Assembly (NCBI RefSeq): GCF_006345805.1
Contig: NC_042998.1
Span: 188,108,001-188,172,000 of the forward strand
Source: Octopus sinensis
Lineage: Eukaryota
Length of the DNA: 64,000 nt
Reading direction: 5' to 3'
Part shown: positions 14,211-26,821 of the stretch, in pieces
How the letters are laid out: every line of letters starts with the position of its first letter
How positions within the stretch are numbered: position 1 is the first letter of the stretch
Position numbers and translations under genes: made by a program
Notes under the pieces: model-generated
Database searches by the model: none
The model's input: the letters and a program-made list of their open reading frames with translations, nothing else
Told to the model about the DNA's origin: nothing

Positions 14211-15167
14211 TATGGGAGCTTTGACACAATTATCCTAACGCTTAATAAAACAAATTATGATTTGTTCTGACATTTGAAAGTAACTAGTTTCCTATTAAGG
14301 GGAATGGAATAGTAGAAACTAAAACGGTATTGTTGAATGTTGCTGCGTGATCTACGGTTAAATATGATAGTCTTCGTAAATGCTATTGGACTTTTTTTTT
14401 GCGGCAACTTGGCCAACTGCTTAAACACTCTCGAAAGGCAACAGGAATTGGTGTTCAAACTCTTAACAAGCTGTAAAAGTGGGTACATGGATGATGTGTG
14501 CAAGTAACCATTACTTGAGGGAGGATGTGATCATGATTCATAGATGCGTCATTTTTGGATCAATAAACGGAAAAAGTGGGCTTTTGTTGAGAACTTGTTT
14601 TGCTTTCCTAGGCAAAGACAATGTATCCTTTCTGCCACTCTTTGAAGACTTCATCGCATTTACTAATGTGTTGAATAAAAAATGCATTAATCAACTCTAG
14701 CAATCAGCAAACATGTCACTATTTGATACGGTTGCTGGCTATTCGAATTGTTATAGTTGAATGATTACAAAGATAGCAGCAGTAACGACAGGTAGTTATA
14801 TATGTGAAACAATATCAAGCTATAAAGTTTTGATATTAATTTTCAGTTCTAACTATCAAGATATTTCTGTGACTATACCAGTCCGGTAATGCTCATCATT
14901 CTAGGTGAAAACAATTAAAGATAATCATCTTGTTCAAGAACTCGTTTAAGACATTTAACGAAATTGGAACTCCTGTACATTATACTCTCATTATATTTCC
15001 TTAATATAAGAAGCACATGCTTTTAGATTTAAATTTAGAATTATTTGCTTTAGATCGTCCCAATGAATGATGTGAATTGTAACCCCATTGTTTATCAGAA
15101 AGAGCAAGAATAGGATTAGCAAAACAGTTATGCAAAAGAATTTCATTTATTTGTTTATTTCTAAATA

Positions 15168-15399
15168 TATTTCTTTATTGCCCACAAGGGGCTAAACATA
15201 GAGGGGACAAACAAGGAGAGACAAACGGATTAAGTCGATTACATCGACCCTCAGTGCGAAACTGGTACTTTATTTATCGACCCCGAAAGGATGAAAGGCA
15301 AAGTCGACCTCGGCGGAATTTGAACTCACAACGTAACGACAGACGAAATACTGCTAAGCATTTCGCCTGGCGCGCTAACATGTCTGCCAGCTCGCCGCC
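15168..15399 (-). mobile_element. Family A SINE with 13-bp TSD
   Basis: Near-identical to 320-548; TTATTTCTAAATA is duplicated at 15155-15167 and 15400-15412. Confidence 0.9.
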
Positions 15400-15935
15400 T
15401 TATTTCTAAATAGTTTAACACCTTGCACTGTTCATTGTAACAGTAGAAGTGAACCAGATATCTGAAGTAATATATCTGATATTTCTGTACTATGACTGTT
15501 TTAAAATTGAAAAAAAAAAACAAGAATGTAAACATAGAAAAAACAATAACAACGCAGTGATACTTTTTCGAGCCATAACAGAACAGAATATCTCTTCATT
15601 TGGTGCAGCTTCTTTAAAAGAACAAACCTTAAACTTCAGAGAAAAATATATTATTTATTCCATTTATATTTGTTGAGTTGGCAACCTCTCAGTATAAGTG
15701 GTCGCTCAATCATTTGAAAATGCGTAAACATGTTTATGCAGATTTAGCTGACTGTGCAATTTTACATTACTTTACCTTAAATCACTCCATGCAGCTCCTG
15801 GTTTCTTAGGACTGTTTTGTAGTATGCTAAATAAAAGGACGTTTCTAATCCTTAGCTTAATTCTTTACTTCTCGAGAAAAGAGACACTGCGAGTAGTGTC
15901 GTCTAAAGCTGTCACATAGCATAACTAATTTGATT

Positions 15936-16067
<132 letters not shown>

Positions 16068-17048
16068 AATCGTCCTAGTGCTTTATCCCTTCCAGAAAGA
16101 CGAAAGCAAAGCAGACTTCTGCAGAAACTGAACTTTGAATGCATAGAGGTAAAACAGTTATTCAAGATTTTTGTTTAACGATAGCAGGGATATAAAGTAG
16201 TGAGAGGGCTTATAGAATTCTTAAAAAAAACCAAACAATATTACGAAAATCGTGTGGCCTGCTACGAATTAGCAAGTAAATCTTCCTCAACCCCCAAACT
16301 TAAAAAGAGATACATTGATTAAAGTAGCTCTTGATATACAAATAAACGGGGTTGTCATGGCTGAAACTCTTTATATAAAACGGCTACTCGACGATCCGAA
16401 TACATCCATTGATAAACTTTTCCACAGTACCTTTTTTCACACTGTAAAAAAATGAACTGGTACTGGAAAGTAGGACATTTTAATGGACTATGCCATTCTA
16501 CTCCTATCTCTGTATACGATCAGCTACAATTCGCAACTGGTTTATTGTCTGCTTCGTGAGATTCCCTAATCACGAGTGGAGCTCCCTTTCACCATACTGA
16601 CCTCAACGTTACGTTCTCCCCTCCTCTCTCTGTTTTATCTATTCTTCCTCTGTTCATTCCCCCATGTCATAGAAATTCTCCTCTGTCTCCCTGTCTTTCA
16701 TTTCCTCTTCTCTACTTCTGTTCCTCCTTCTTATGCTGCTTACATTCTCCCCCTCTCCTTGCCTTTTGTTCTCATTCTTCCTCCTCTCTCTTTTCAACCT
16801 TTAAGTCTCTGGAAGTGCTTTTGCCAACATACTCTTGATGAAGGAAGTCGGACTCATTGTAATATCATCGCATGACTGTATACGGGTTGTATACCCAAGA
16901 TTTTTGCATATTCTATCCTCAAATTATGAATATATTACGATAATTAATAACTCCGAGCTTCTTGAAACAGCTGTCGAGTTAAGAAATTATGTACTCTCTT
17001 TTCATCATTCTGTATTCTTTATGCTCTACGTACATATATTAGTATGTA

Positions 17049-17131
<83 letters not shown>

Positions 17132-17731
17132 ATATATAAGAATGAATGTTTTTATATATAATGAACGTGAAATACAGGAAGGGACGAACACAGAACACAG
17201 AAAAATCATTCGAAGCCTTCAATCTTCAGTCAGACACCGAATCATCATAGCAAATTTCGGCTGTTCAATTCTGATATTTGCTCCAACTCGGCCAGCCCCA
17301 AGAAAAAAAACTAAGCTGTAAGCATTAGATTTCTTGGTAGAAGACAGGAATGTGAACGCACAAGACGGATGTAAATACAAGAGACGAAAACGAAATTGAA
17401 AACAGTAATGAATAAACAAAATATATATAACGGTGGTTGTCATACGACTTTAGACCAAATGAGACAAAAACAACAACAACATAGCTGGCGTAGAAATAAT
17501 TACCGTTTCGGTAGCGGGGACACATGTTGGTCGAGATACGATGGCCAACAGAATGGTTTAAGAAGCAGCAGGTTGCAGGAGAGAGAGAGAAAGAGAGACA
17601 GAGAGAGAGGGAATCAAAGAGGGTGGAAGGCAGGGGACAGAATCAGTGACCAAGAGAAAAGGAGAAAGAAGGGATTAAGGAGGATGGGAGGAAGAGGGGA
17701 GGAGGATGGGAGGAAGAGAGGGGAAGAATCG

Positions 17732-17762
<31 letters not shown>

Positions 17763-17783
17763 CGCACACATACACATATACAA

Positions 17784-18326
17784 GCAAGAGATATTGATAT
17801 TATTAAAAATAATTTTACTATCCAGCAAGAACAAAGCACCATAAAAGGTATTTATAATTCTACCTTTTATGGTACTTTATTCTTGCTGTATAGTAGATGA
17901 GGCGCAATGCCCCAATGGTTAGGGCAGCGGACTTACGGTCGGAGGATCACGGTTTTGATTCTCAGACCGGGCGTTGTGAGTTTTTATTGAGCGAAAACAC
18001 CTAAAGCCCCACGAGAATCCGGCAGCTGGTGGCGGCGAACCCTGCTGTACTTATTCACCACAACTTTCTCCCACTCTTATTTCTTGTTTCTGTTGTACCT
18101 GTATTTCGAAGGGCCAGCCTTGTTACACTCTGTGTCATACTGAATCTCTCCGACAACTACGTTAAGGGTAAACGTGTCTGTGGCGTGTTCAATCACTTGC
18201 CCGTTAATCTCACGAGCAGGCTGTTCCGTTCATCGGATCAACTGGAATCATTGTCGTCGTAACCACGGAGTGCCACGATTCTTGCTGGATAGTAATATTA
18301 TTTTTAATAATATTTATATCTCTTGC
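17784..18326. repeat. 48-bp inverted repeats (17784-17831 / 18279-18326) enclosing a family C SINE
   Basis: gcaagagatattgatattattaaaaataattttactatccagcaagaa versus its near-perfect reverse complement. Confidence 0.8.
17899..18277 (+). mobile_element. Family C SINE with a different 3' tail
   Basis: GAGGCGCAATGCCCAATGGTTAGGGCAGCGGACT...GACCGGGCGTTGTGAG...GAGCGAAAACACCTAAAG head. Confidence 0.8.
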
Positions 18327-18585
18327 ATGATTCAACTGAAGATGATCAATGGGATTCGCGCCTACGCACGTGACCCGAAATATTTGAAACTGCAGTATGG
18401 AATTATCCTTCATTCTTCTAGCAGTCTCCGTAGAGGTAAGACAAGAATTTTCCTATATTCATCGCCCGCAAACATCTCTGCCTGTAAACGGTCAGTGAAG
18501 CTCTACATACTGCAGATAACTTACCGGCTGCTATTTCTAGCAATGATCGTACTTCGTGTACATTCGCTTTGCGCGCGCGCGCACA

Positions 18586-18654
<69 letters not shown>

Positions 18655-18766
18655 TGTATGTATCTATGTGTGAGTGTACGCATACGCGCGTGTGTGTTGG
18701 TGTGCGCGAGTGGGGTGTGTGGGGGTTGTATGTATATATGATCAAGCCCTATTGTATTTATCTGTA

Positions 18767-18800
<34 letters not shown>

Positions 18801-18937
18801 TCTCTTTATATAATGATATCTGTAGAGCAGCTGATGACGGAGGTATGCTGGATTGTTGGTGTGGCTGTGGAATAGTATTATAACACATCCTTTTGATATA
18901 TATTATATATATATATATTATATATATATATATATAT

Positions 18938-19194
18938 ACTTAACATATTTCAATCAGCCTCGAATTTATATTTATTGCTCAAAAAGGTTCCTATCATTAA
19001 AATGTATCACTATATATGTAGATATGTATGTATGCATATATATATATATATATATATACATATATATGCATAAATACATATCTACATATATAGTGACACA
19101 TTTTAATGATAGGAACTTTCTTGAGCAATAAATATTTCACCCTTATTTCGCCCTTAACATGATAAAATTCGAGGCTGATTGAAATATGTTAAGT
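18938..19194. repeat. Inverted-repeat (foldback) insertion centred on (TA)n, Penelope-terminus-like
   Basis: acttaacatatttcaatcagcctcgaattt pairs with aaattcgaggctgattgaaatatgttaagt; an inner ~70-bp pair of arms also matches. Confidence 0.8.
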
Positions 19195-20310
19195 AAAACA
19201 TAGTGATGAACAGAATAGTGGTAGTTGGTTCTGAGTAAAACTAGTAGGAAGTGACCTTAGTCTGGAAGATCTAATTTCACAATGCCAAGTGTTTTAGGTT
19301 TGGTTGCAGCTGTTCTTTGATAGATCAAGGACAGAAAGACATCAATTCTATGAAAAATAAATCTAAATTCATTCAGTTTTACGTCATTCAACTTTAATCT
19401 TAACACCCTATTTATCTATTTTTCACCATTACTATTTCTTCTCTCAATAAACCACACACCAAACATTGCACGAAGCCTATCATTTTCAGAAGTACATTAA
19501 TCTCTTTTGCTCTCAAAATATATAAACTTTCAATTCTTCAAAATCCATTTTGACTGCATAATCTTACTCCAAATTCAACTTTCTTTAAATGTGTCCAAAA
19601 GTTGTGACTAAGAATAATATATCATAAAATACAATCAACTTTACAGAGGATAGCAATAATGAGAGGTTTAAAATTTCCGAACAGACACTTACAAAGAAGT
19701 AGCATTTGTACACTGTGGGCGATTTACCTCATAAACATTAATTATTCATCGAACCGATTTTTCTGGTGATGGTCACACCGACCATCTGATTTTGCCAAGA
19801 ATCATTCGTTAGCCATTCACTATATCAGTAATCACCTGTCACAAGCTGGATGAGTAATTACTAAAATCAAGGACAAATGAATATTCCAAAGATAATTTTA
19901 TGGCACATTGAGGTGTCATTGGGATGTCTGCCTTGCTCCATTGTTTCCATAGCTACCTGATAACTGACAGGCGCTATGTTTAGTCAACGTGAAGTCACGC
20001 CTGGATGAAATCGATATACTGCATTAAAACGTCCAGGTGTTAGAGTATTTTATTTAGGTGCATAAACTACTTCTTTCCCGCTTCGATGACCGCAAGGCCA
20101 GTTACTTTTATATTCAACAAATGCGCATATACTTAAATAGATGTATAATCCAATGCAAAAATCATATCGCGTACAGTTTAGCATTTTCAGTGTAATTTAC
20201 CACAGAGTGTTGAGTGCACCGACCCGGCATCTTTAGCATAATTGTACTAGTAGTATTTCTGTGTACAGATCGAATGTATAGGCATGCTTTAAGGTGTTAC
20301 CGAGATACTC

Positions 20311-20341
<31 letters not shown>

Positions 20342-21309
20342 TGTATGTATGTATGTATGTATGTATGTATGTATGTACATGTGTGTGTATGTATGTATGT
20401 ATGTATGTATGTATGTATGTTGTATGTATGTATGTATGTATGTATGTATGTATGTATGTATCTATCTATCTAGCTAGCCATCTGTCGCCCTCTCTTTTTC
20501 TCTCTCTCTCTCTTTATACACATATACACACACACTACACAGACACATACAGACATGCACACATATACGCATGCGCACACATCATTTTTAAAAATACTTT
20601 TCTCAAGAACTCTTCGTACTCACAATTCGTATTATAACGAATGGAATTAAAAAAATATTTTCTTTGATTTTTATATTTAGAAGCTCAACACTCCACACTG
20701 CGTGGGCGTGTGACCATCAAGCTTTTTTTCTTTTTTCTTCTTTTTCCTGTCTTTCTTATTAGTGAATTCACAGAGTGAGTGCTGTAAAGAGGATGTAAAG
20801 AGGTAGATGAGAAAGCTCTATGCCTGGTCCCTTCAACGTAGCCGATTCATTCCTTTATTCTTTTATTGGTTTCACACAGTCATTAGTTTGCTATGGTGGG
20901 ACACCGCCTTCAATACTTTTATCAGTTATAATCAACCTAATACTTATTTTAATGAGTGCACTTTTTTTTTTATCAATCTCAGATTTTTGAAACCCTAATG
21001 TGCAAGATAAAGGGAACACAATATAAACCACTAAGTTTTAGATCGGTTTACACAAAAGCACATATACATACTCGCACACATATTTGCATTTATTTCGGCT
21101 GATCTGGTTCTCTGTTACTCTACAGCGTCCCTGAAGTCTAACCGGTACATTGGAAAGTTGGGGGAAAAAAGAAAAGAATTTATGAAAAATAAATTGATTA
21201 CTGTAACTATAGGAGCACATAGCACACGAAGACTGGAATGCTTTCTATTGGCTTCACAATACATCGAGCCTTAACAATGAGTCAACAGAAGCAGAGAAGG
21301 TATGGGAGA

Positions 21310-21503
21310 GGCGGCGAGCTGGCAGAAACGTTAGCACGCCGGGCGAAATGCTTACGTTGTGAGTTCAAATTCCGCCGAGTTCGACTTTGCCTTTCATCCT
21401 TTCGGGGTCGATAAATTAAGTACCAGTTACGCACTGGGGTCGATGTAATCGACTTAATACCTATGTCTGTACTTGTTTGTCCCCTTATGGGTAATAAAGA
21501 AAT
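21310..21503 (+). mobile_element. Family A SINE with TSD
   Basis: GGCGGCGAGCTGGCAGAAACGTTAGC head; AGGTATGGGAGA duplicated on both sides. Confidence 0.9.
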
Positions 21504-22143
21504 AGGTATGGGAGAGGCGAAAGAAAGGAAACACTGGATGGGTACTTTTTTTAACATTAGTGACTGAGTACCCTTTTTAGAATATCCCTGGCCGCTGTTT
21601 ATTCAGTGTCAAAGTAAACTGGATAAGCCGATTTTCTCATACAACGCTTATTGGCACCAATTCGATTAATAAATTTGTTGTGCATGACAACTTCAGTTGA
21701 ACCATTGAAGCAATGGGCAAAAATGAAGACAGAATAAGAAATACCGAAGCGAAATGAAATAAAGTGTTTCAAAAATGCTGTAAGTGGCAACTAGCGAACT
21801 ATTGGTATAAAAAAAAACAGGAGACAGATTCAGCAGAATTATATAAGCAAAATAATAAAGCAGGTCATAAAACAACCGAACCGAAGCTAGAAAACCAGGA
21901 TGTCAGAAATGAAGCAAACACTGAACCGTAACCAAATATACAGAAACTTCAAAACAAAACAACGATGTGACACATGGATAAGTAACAGTTAAACACCGAC
22001 CTATGAATGGCTGTTTCTAGCTTATAGCATAATATATCAGACACATATATATCTTGTCATATCGTATACATGTATGTATGCGCTTTTACTTGTTTCAGAC
22101 ATAAGAGTACGGCTATGCTGATATAGTATATATGTATATATAT

Positions 22144-22199
<56 letters not shown>

Positions 22200-22290
22200 G
22201 GGAAAGTTTACGAAAAAAACAAAAGACGAAGACAGGTGGTGTACAAAACAAACAGATGTATTAGTATAACGCTCAAGAATAGAAAAAGTA

Positions 22291-22324
22291 TTTTACGTTT
22301 CGAGCCTACGCTCTTCTACAGAAA
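22291..22324 (-). ncRNA. Minimal type I hammerhead motif, A6U core variant
   Basis: TTT-CTGTAGA-A-GAGC-GTAG-GCTC-GAAA-CG-TA-AAA. Confidence 0.65.
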
Positions 22325-22427
22325 GGTACAGCTGTTATTTTAACGAGTTATATCTGTTATCACCCGAAGAGAGACATCTGCACAGTGGACGCTTCTAACC
22401 AATTGTTAAGTATCTCACTCGTGAGGG

Positions 22428-22474
<47 letters not shown>

Positions 22475-22478
22475 AATA

Positions 22479-22535
<57 letters not shown>

Positions 22536-22625
22536 AGTTGAAATTTACTGAAAAACAAAAGACGAAGACAGGCGTATAAACAAAAAACAGGTGTATTAGT
22601 TTAACGCTCAGGAAGGTGAGAAAGT

Positions 22626-22661
22626 CTTTTACGTTTCGAGCCTACGCTCTTCAACAGAAAG
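22626..22661 (-). ncRNA. Minimal type I hammerhead motif, A6U core variant
   Basis: CTTT-CTGTTGA-A-GAGC-GTAG-GCTC-GAAA-CG-TA-AAAG; stem I CTTT/AAAG and palindromic ACGT stem III. Confidence 0.7.
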
Positions 22662-22780
22662 GAACACGAGGAAATAAACAGAGAGAGAGAATGAAAAAAA
22701 CTTTTGGAGCTGGCGGTCAATCATGGCATCTGGCTGGACAAAGGTAGTTAGAACGATGGAAGATACGAGAGTTTTTATTA

Positions 22781-22886
22781 ACCACTACAATTGTTTCGAC
22801 ATATCTAGCATCGATCCCTCACGGGTGGGATACTTAACAACTGGTTCAGGAGCATCCGACGGTGCAGATATGTCTCTTGGGGTGAT
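22781..22886 (-). ncRNA. Hammerhead-like motif with long stem II (core degenerate in this copy)
   Basis: ATCAC-CCCAAGA-GACATATCT...AGATATGTC-GAAA-CAATTG-TA-GTGGT; sister copies read CCGAAGA at 22364 and 23038. Confidence 0.6.
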
Positions 22887-23204
22887 AAACAGATACAACT
22901 CATTAAAATAACAGTTCTCCAATGGGTCTTTTCAGTTCTTGTGAAGAAAAGCGGCAAATTAAAGGATATAATTTCATTTATAACTGAGAAGATACATTGT
23001 AGAACTGTTATTTTAACGAGTTTATCTGTTTATCCCCCCGAAGAGAGACATCTGCACCGTCGGACGCTTCTAAACCAATTTTTAAGTATCTCACCCGTGA
23101 GGGATCGATACTAGATATGATTAATGAAAACTCTCGTATCTTCCACCTTCCGTCTCTCATTAACCAAATAATATATATATATATAAATATATATTGGTAA
23201 AAAC

Positions 23205-23398
23205 GGTAAGATAACAAAAGAAAGAAAGAGACCTCAATATTATGTAAATAGAGGAAATTTATCTATAAAATAATATGTTACAATTACTCAACAGTCAAGA
23301 TAACCGAAGATATGGTGTTGTGGATTTCCACTTCGGCATCTGAAACTCAGAGTTTTATCTTGACTATTGAGTAATTGTAACATATTATTTTATAGATA
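23205..23398. mobile_element. Penelope-terminus-like fragment with 44-bp inverted arms and a degenerate hammerhead in the loop
   Basis: Arms at 23260-23303 and 23355-23398; loop CCGAAGA...GAAA-CTCAGAG-TT. Related copy at ~31292-31436. Confidence 0.6.
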
Positions 23399-23427
23399 TA
23401 TAAATATATATATAAATATACACACAC

Positions 23428-23651
23428 GGCGAGCTGGCAGAAACGTTAGCACGCCGGGCGAAATGCGTAGCCGTATTTCGTCTGCAGTTACGTTCTGGGT
23501 TCAAATTCCGCCGAGGTCGACTTTGCCTTTCATTCTTTCGGGGTCGATAAATTAAGTACCAGTTCACTGGGGTCGATGTAATCGACTTAATCCGTTTGTC
23601 TGTCCTTGTTTGTCCCCTCTGTGTTTAGCTCCTTGTGGGTAGTAAAGAAAT
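23428..23651 (+). mobile_element. Family A SINE
   Basis: Full-length match to the other family A copies. Confidence 0.9.
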
Positions 23652-24115
23652 ATATATATATATATACACACACACATATAGAGAGACAGATTGAGAGAGA
23701 GGATGAATGAATGGATAAATACGAGTATCTCCAGACATGGTTTATTTTTTAATTTAGTAGTAGTTTGGTCGTTGGGTGTTGCAGAATGTTCATGATGACC
23801 AGTCTAATTGTCGAATAAGAAATGATATTGAACTTGGCCTAACTTAACGCTTGACTAAGTCTGTCTGTCCAGTTATATCCGGCCATCAATCTGTATTTTG
23901 CTCCTCTGTCATAAGTTGTGATTGGTTTAATCAAAGCTTGACTGATTTTTGATCCACCTCAGATTCGCTAAAATTTTGCTGACGTTAGTCTAACGTTTTG
24001 ATATGATGTCGTTAAGCGCAATTAGGTTTTTAATGACGTCGTTACTCTATTTGCATGAATCTGTGTGTTGTTTATAAAACTTTTTCAGAGTTCAGGTTCA
24101 AATTGAGGCGAAAAC

Positions 24116-24172
<57 letters not shown>

Positions 24173-24361
24173 TCTCACGCACACACACAGATACACACTC
24201 AGACACACACCAGCGCGCGCATCCCTTATACTTATTCCAATAAGGAAAATCTCTTAGAAAAATGCTCAACAAATTAAAAGTATATGATGATGATGATGAA
24301 GAAGATAATAATAACACTACAACAACAACAACAACAACTACTACTACTACTACTACTACTA

Positions 24362-24399
<38 letters not shown>

Positions 24400-24489
24400 A
24401 ATAATAATAATATTTTCTAATATAGTCACAAGGCCTGAAGTTTTGTGGGGAAGGGACTTGTCGATTACATCGACCCCCAGTTCTTAATT

Positions 24490-24835
24490 AGTGCTAAGAA
24501 CGTGTGTGCACTGATTAAGAAGAGCATCCCTAGTTGGAAAACACGTCTTTTCTGTAACAACCATCACTTACCTGAGGTAACAATCAAAAGAGGTATCTTC
24601 CAGGGAAATTCTTGTTCGCTTTTGCTATTTGTTATAGTCTTGATTCCACTTTCTGCTGTTCTACGCAAAGTCAACGCACACTATGAGTCGAGAAAAAAAT
24701 GGATCTCATCTTAACCAACTTGTCTTCATGGATGATTTAAAACAGTTTGCAAAAATAGAGCCCGAAATGAGGAGGCTGGTTGAGACTGTACAGATGTGCA
24801 GCAAGGATGTAGGGATGGAATTCTGTATCCCTATG
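24490..24835 (+). mobile_element. R4/Dong-like LINE reverse transcriptase fragment
   Basis: IKRGIFQGNSCSLLLFVIVLIPL and HLNQLVFMDDLKQFAK...KDVGMEF (RT motifs 4-6), frameshifted. Confidence 0.85.
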
Positions 24836-25009
24836 TCGGAAGTATGGACACGGGGTAACGGGTGTTTGGTACCAACATACACTGGGAAAGGTAATAGAAA
24901 AAAGGGAAAGCAAAGATCCTCTAGGACTTTGACTTCCAGACAAACAAGGTGTTAGAACATCGAAGGCCGGATATAGTAACCTTTCGTAGGGACAAACAAG
25001 AATGTCTAA

Positions 25010-25126
25010 TAATCGACGTGGCAGTGCCAGAAGATTAACGTATATAAGGTTGGGTGGTATGAAACCAAATACCCCAATGACAACAGGGGCAGCCTTTATG
25101 TTTGATTCTCGCAGCTGCCACATCAA
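25010..25126 (-). mobile_element. RLE LINE C-terminal scrap
   Basis: MWQLRESNIKAAPVVIGVFG resembles the W...PVVIGALG motif seen in other copies. Confidence 0.55.
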
Positions 25127-25134
25127 GTGCCGCT

Positions 25135-26750
25135 TAACTAATTTTATAATCTGGATTCTTTAGTCTTTGCGTGCTGGAAAGAGCGCATTCAACTTCCAGC
25201 AACCGGGTCTCTGTCTACGGGTCCTGTTTAAATCGACTGTGCATATCCAAATTTGTGGTCCTTGTAGCCGACCAATTTGTATTGTGGACAACTTACACTA
25301 TCCCTATCCGCTGATCTAACAAATACGCTATCTAAATACGTTCTGGATGACCCGTTGTGGTTGCTCCATGTCCATACTAGAACATCAGGGATATCTAGTT
25401 GATATTTGTCAGACAGCTGGAAGCTTCTGAGCATGTTTTCATTGCTTTTGTATCCTCTTTTGCTATCACTAGCCTCAATGCTCTATGCGTTCAAAATGCT
25501 ATTCCAGTACCCCTCTAATACTAAAGTGCGAGACGTTCCCAGCAATACTTCTAGACGCCTGAAGAAATCTGGCCTGCCAGCCCCTGTTGGGGCATAAAGG
25601 CGCCACCTTCACTACCATTCACATCTAGGACCACTAACCAACAATCTGGATCCAAGAAGATTGCCCGTACTTTGAGACCTAAAGACTTTCGGAATAGCAC
25701 TGATACACCGCTCCTGACAGATGACAAAATGAGAATATCTCGTAGTCATCGAAAATGGATGCTATAGCATGCTTCCTAGAAATTCATGTCTCGCTAATGG
25801 CAGCCACATCTAAATCAAGCGACCTGAGGTAGTTTAGTAAATGACCCTGCATCCAAACAGCCCAGGCCCCGACCATTTATGCAGCCTACTCTAAGTGTAG
25901 CCATCTAAGTTAAAGAAAAGAAAAATATTTTTTACCTTCATCTCCAAGAAAAAAAAACAAAAACAAAAAACAAGTTATCTATCTTCGTCTTCGTAAATAG
26001 GCTGAAAATAGACTGCTGAAATAGGCTTATTTTTGGCTCAGGGGTGGGGAATGAAGAAAGGTTTTGATAGGAAGCTATTTTGGGGATATTTTATAAACCG
26101 TCCAATGTCCTGGGTGGATTTTCTGTTTGAAATCCAGAAACGTATTCATATCGGTTTGAATTAACTTTCTGTCCGATTGTGATTTTTGGAGGAGTTCAGC
26201 AAAATCTTTCCCACTTGCCAGGATGTTTTTGTCGTTAATTACTCCCTCAATCATCTCAATGTTGCCCTTCTAAACAACAGTGAAGTTGATGAAGGAAGTA
26301 AGTATACGAGTGTATGACTGCTGGTCGTTTTGCTGTTCGGATATTTCTTTGTATTTTCATGACTTTTTAATTCATTTATGGTTGAGAAAGTGTTTGTAAA
26401 AGTTATTTTTTGTGATGACGGTGTTGATGTTGGTGTTGCTGTTTTTGGTATTTGGTTTTGTGATGGATTTTCTATATTACCGTCGTGTCTTAAGAGTTTC
26501 AATTTGGGTCGGCCTCTGTTTATTTGAGTTTCAGTCTTCCTCTTATTCCCGACAAAGGCCTTTTGGTGCGATTTCAACGGACCTTTATCTCCTAACGAGG
26601 CCTTTTCTTTTGTGAGACCGGGGTCAGAGGGAAAAGGCAGATATGAGCTAGTTTTAGTGTTCTCGTTTAATGTTTGAGGAAGGCATTAATTTTCGTGTGG
26701 AATTGATAGTAACGGTGGAGAGTATCGTGCTTTCTCCATCAGTAAGATGG
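25135..26750 (-). mobile_element. Tx1/L1-like LINE remnant (APE endonuclease; upstream part possibly ORF1)
   Basis: YAPTGAGRPDFFRRLEVLL...LVLEGYWN and WTWSNHNGSSRTYLDSVFV...YKDHK (APE motifs). The extension to 26750 is tentative. Confidence 0.7.
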
Positions 26751-26753
26751 AAA

Positions 26754-26812
<59 letters not shown>

Positions 26813-26821
26813 ATAATAATA

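Larger units (their letters stand above)
22197..23170. mobile_element. Composite Penelope-like terminal repeat cluster in (TA)n
   Basis: 22197-22327 matches 22535-22665 (direct); 22331-22432 matches 23005-23110 (direct); ~22755-22914 is inverted relative to ~23005-23145. Contains hammerhead motifs. Confidence 0.7.

Noticed and set aside
16095-16148. Small exon-like segments (also ~28991-29056 minus, ~42710-42793, 58609-58649)
   Set aside because: Splice-like signals only, with no coherent phase chain or recognisable homology.
17200-17310. CTGAAGA and GGCTG/CAGCC-GAAA pieces on the minus strand
   Set aside because: The pieces are in the wrong order to form one hammerhead; probably a repeat, but unresolved.
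18174-18875. 233-aa ORF and GAG|gtaaga donor at ~18435
   Set aside because: Runs through a SINE tail, an inverted repeat and microsatellites.
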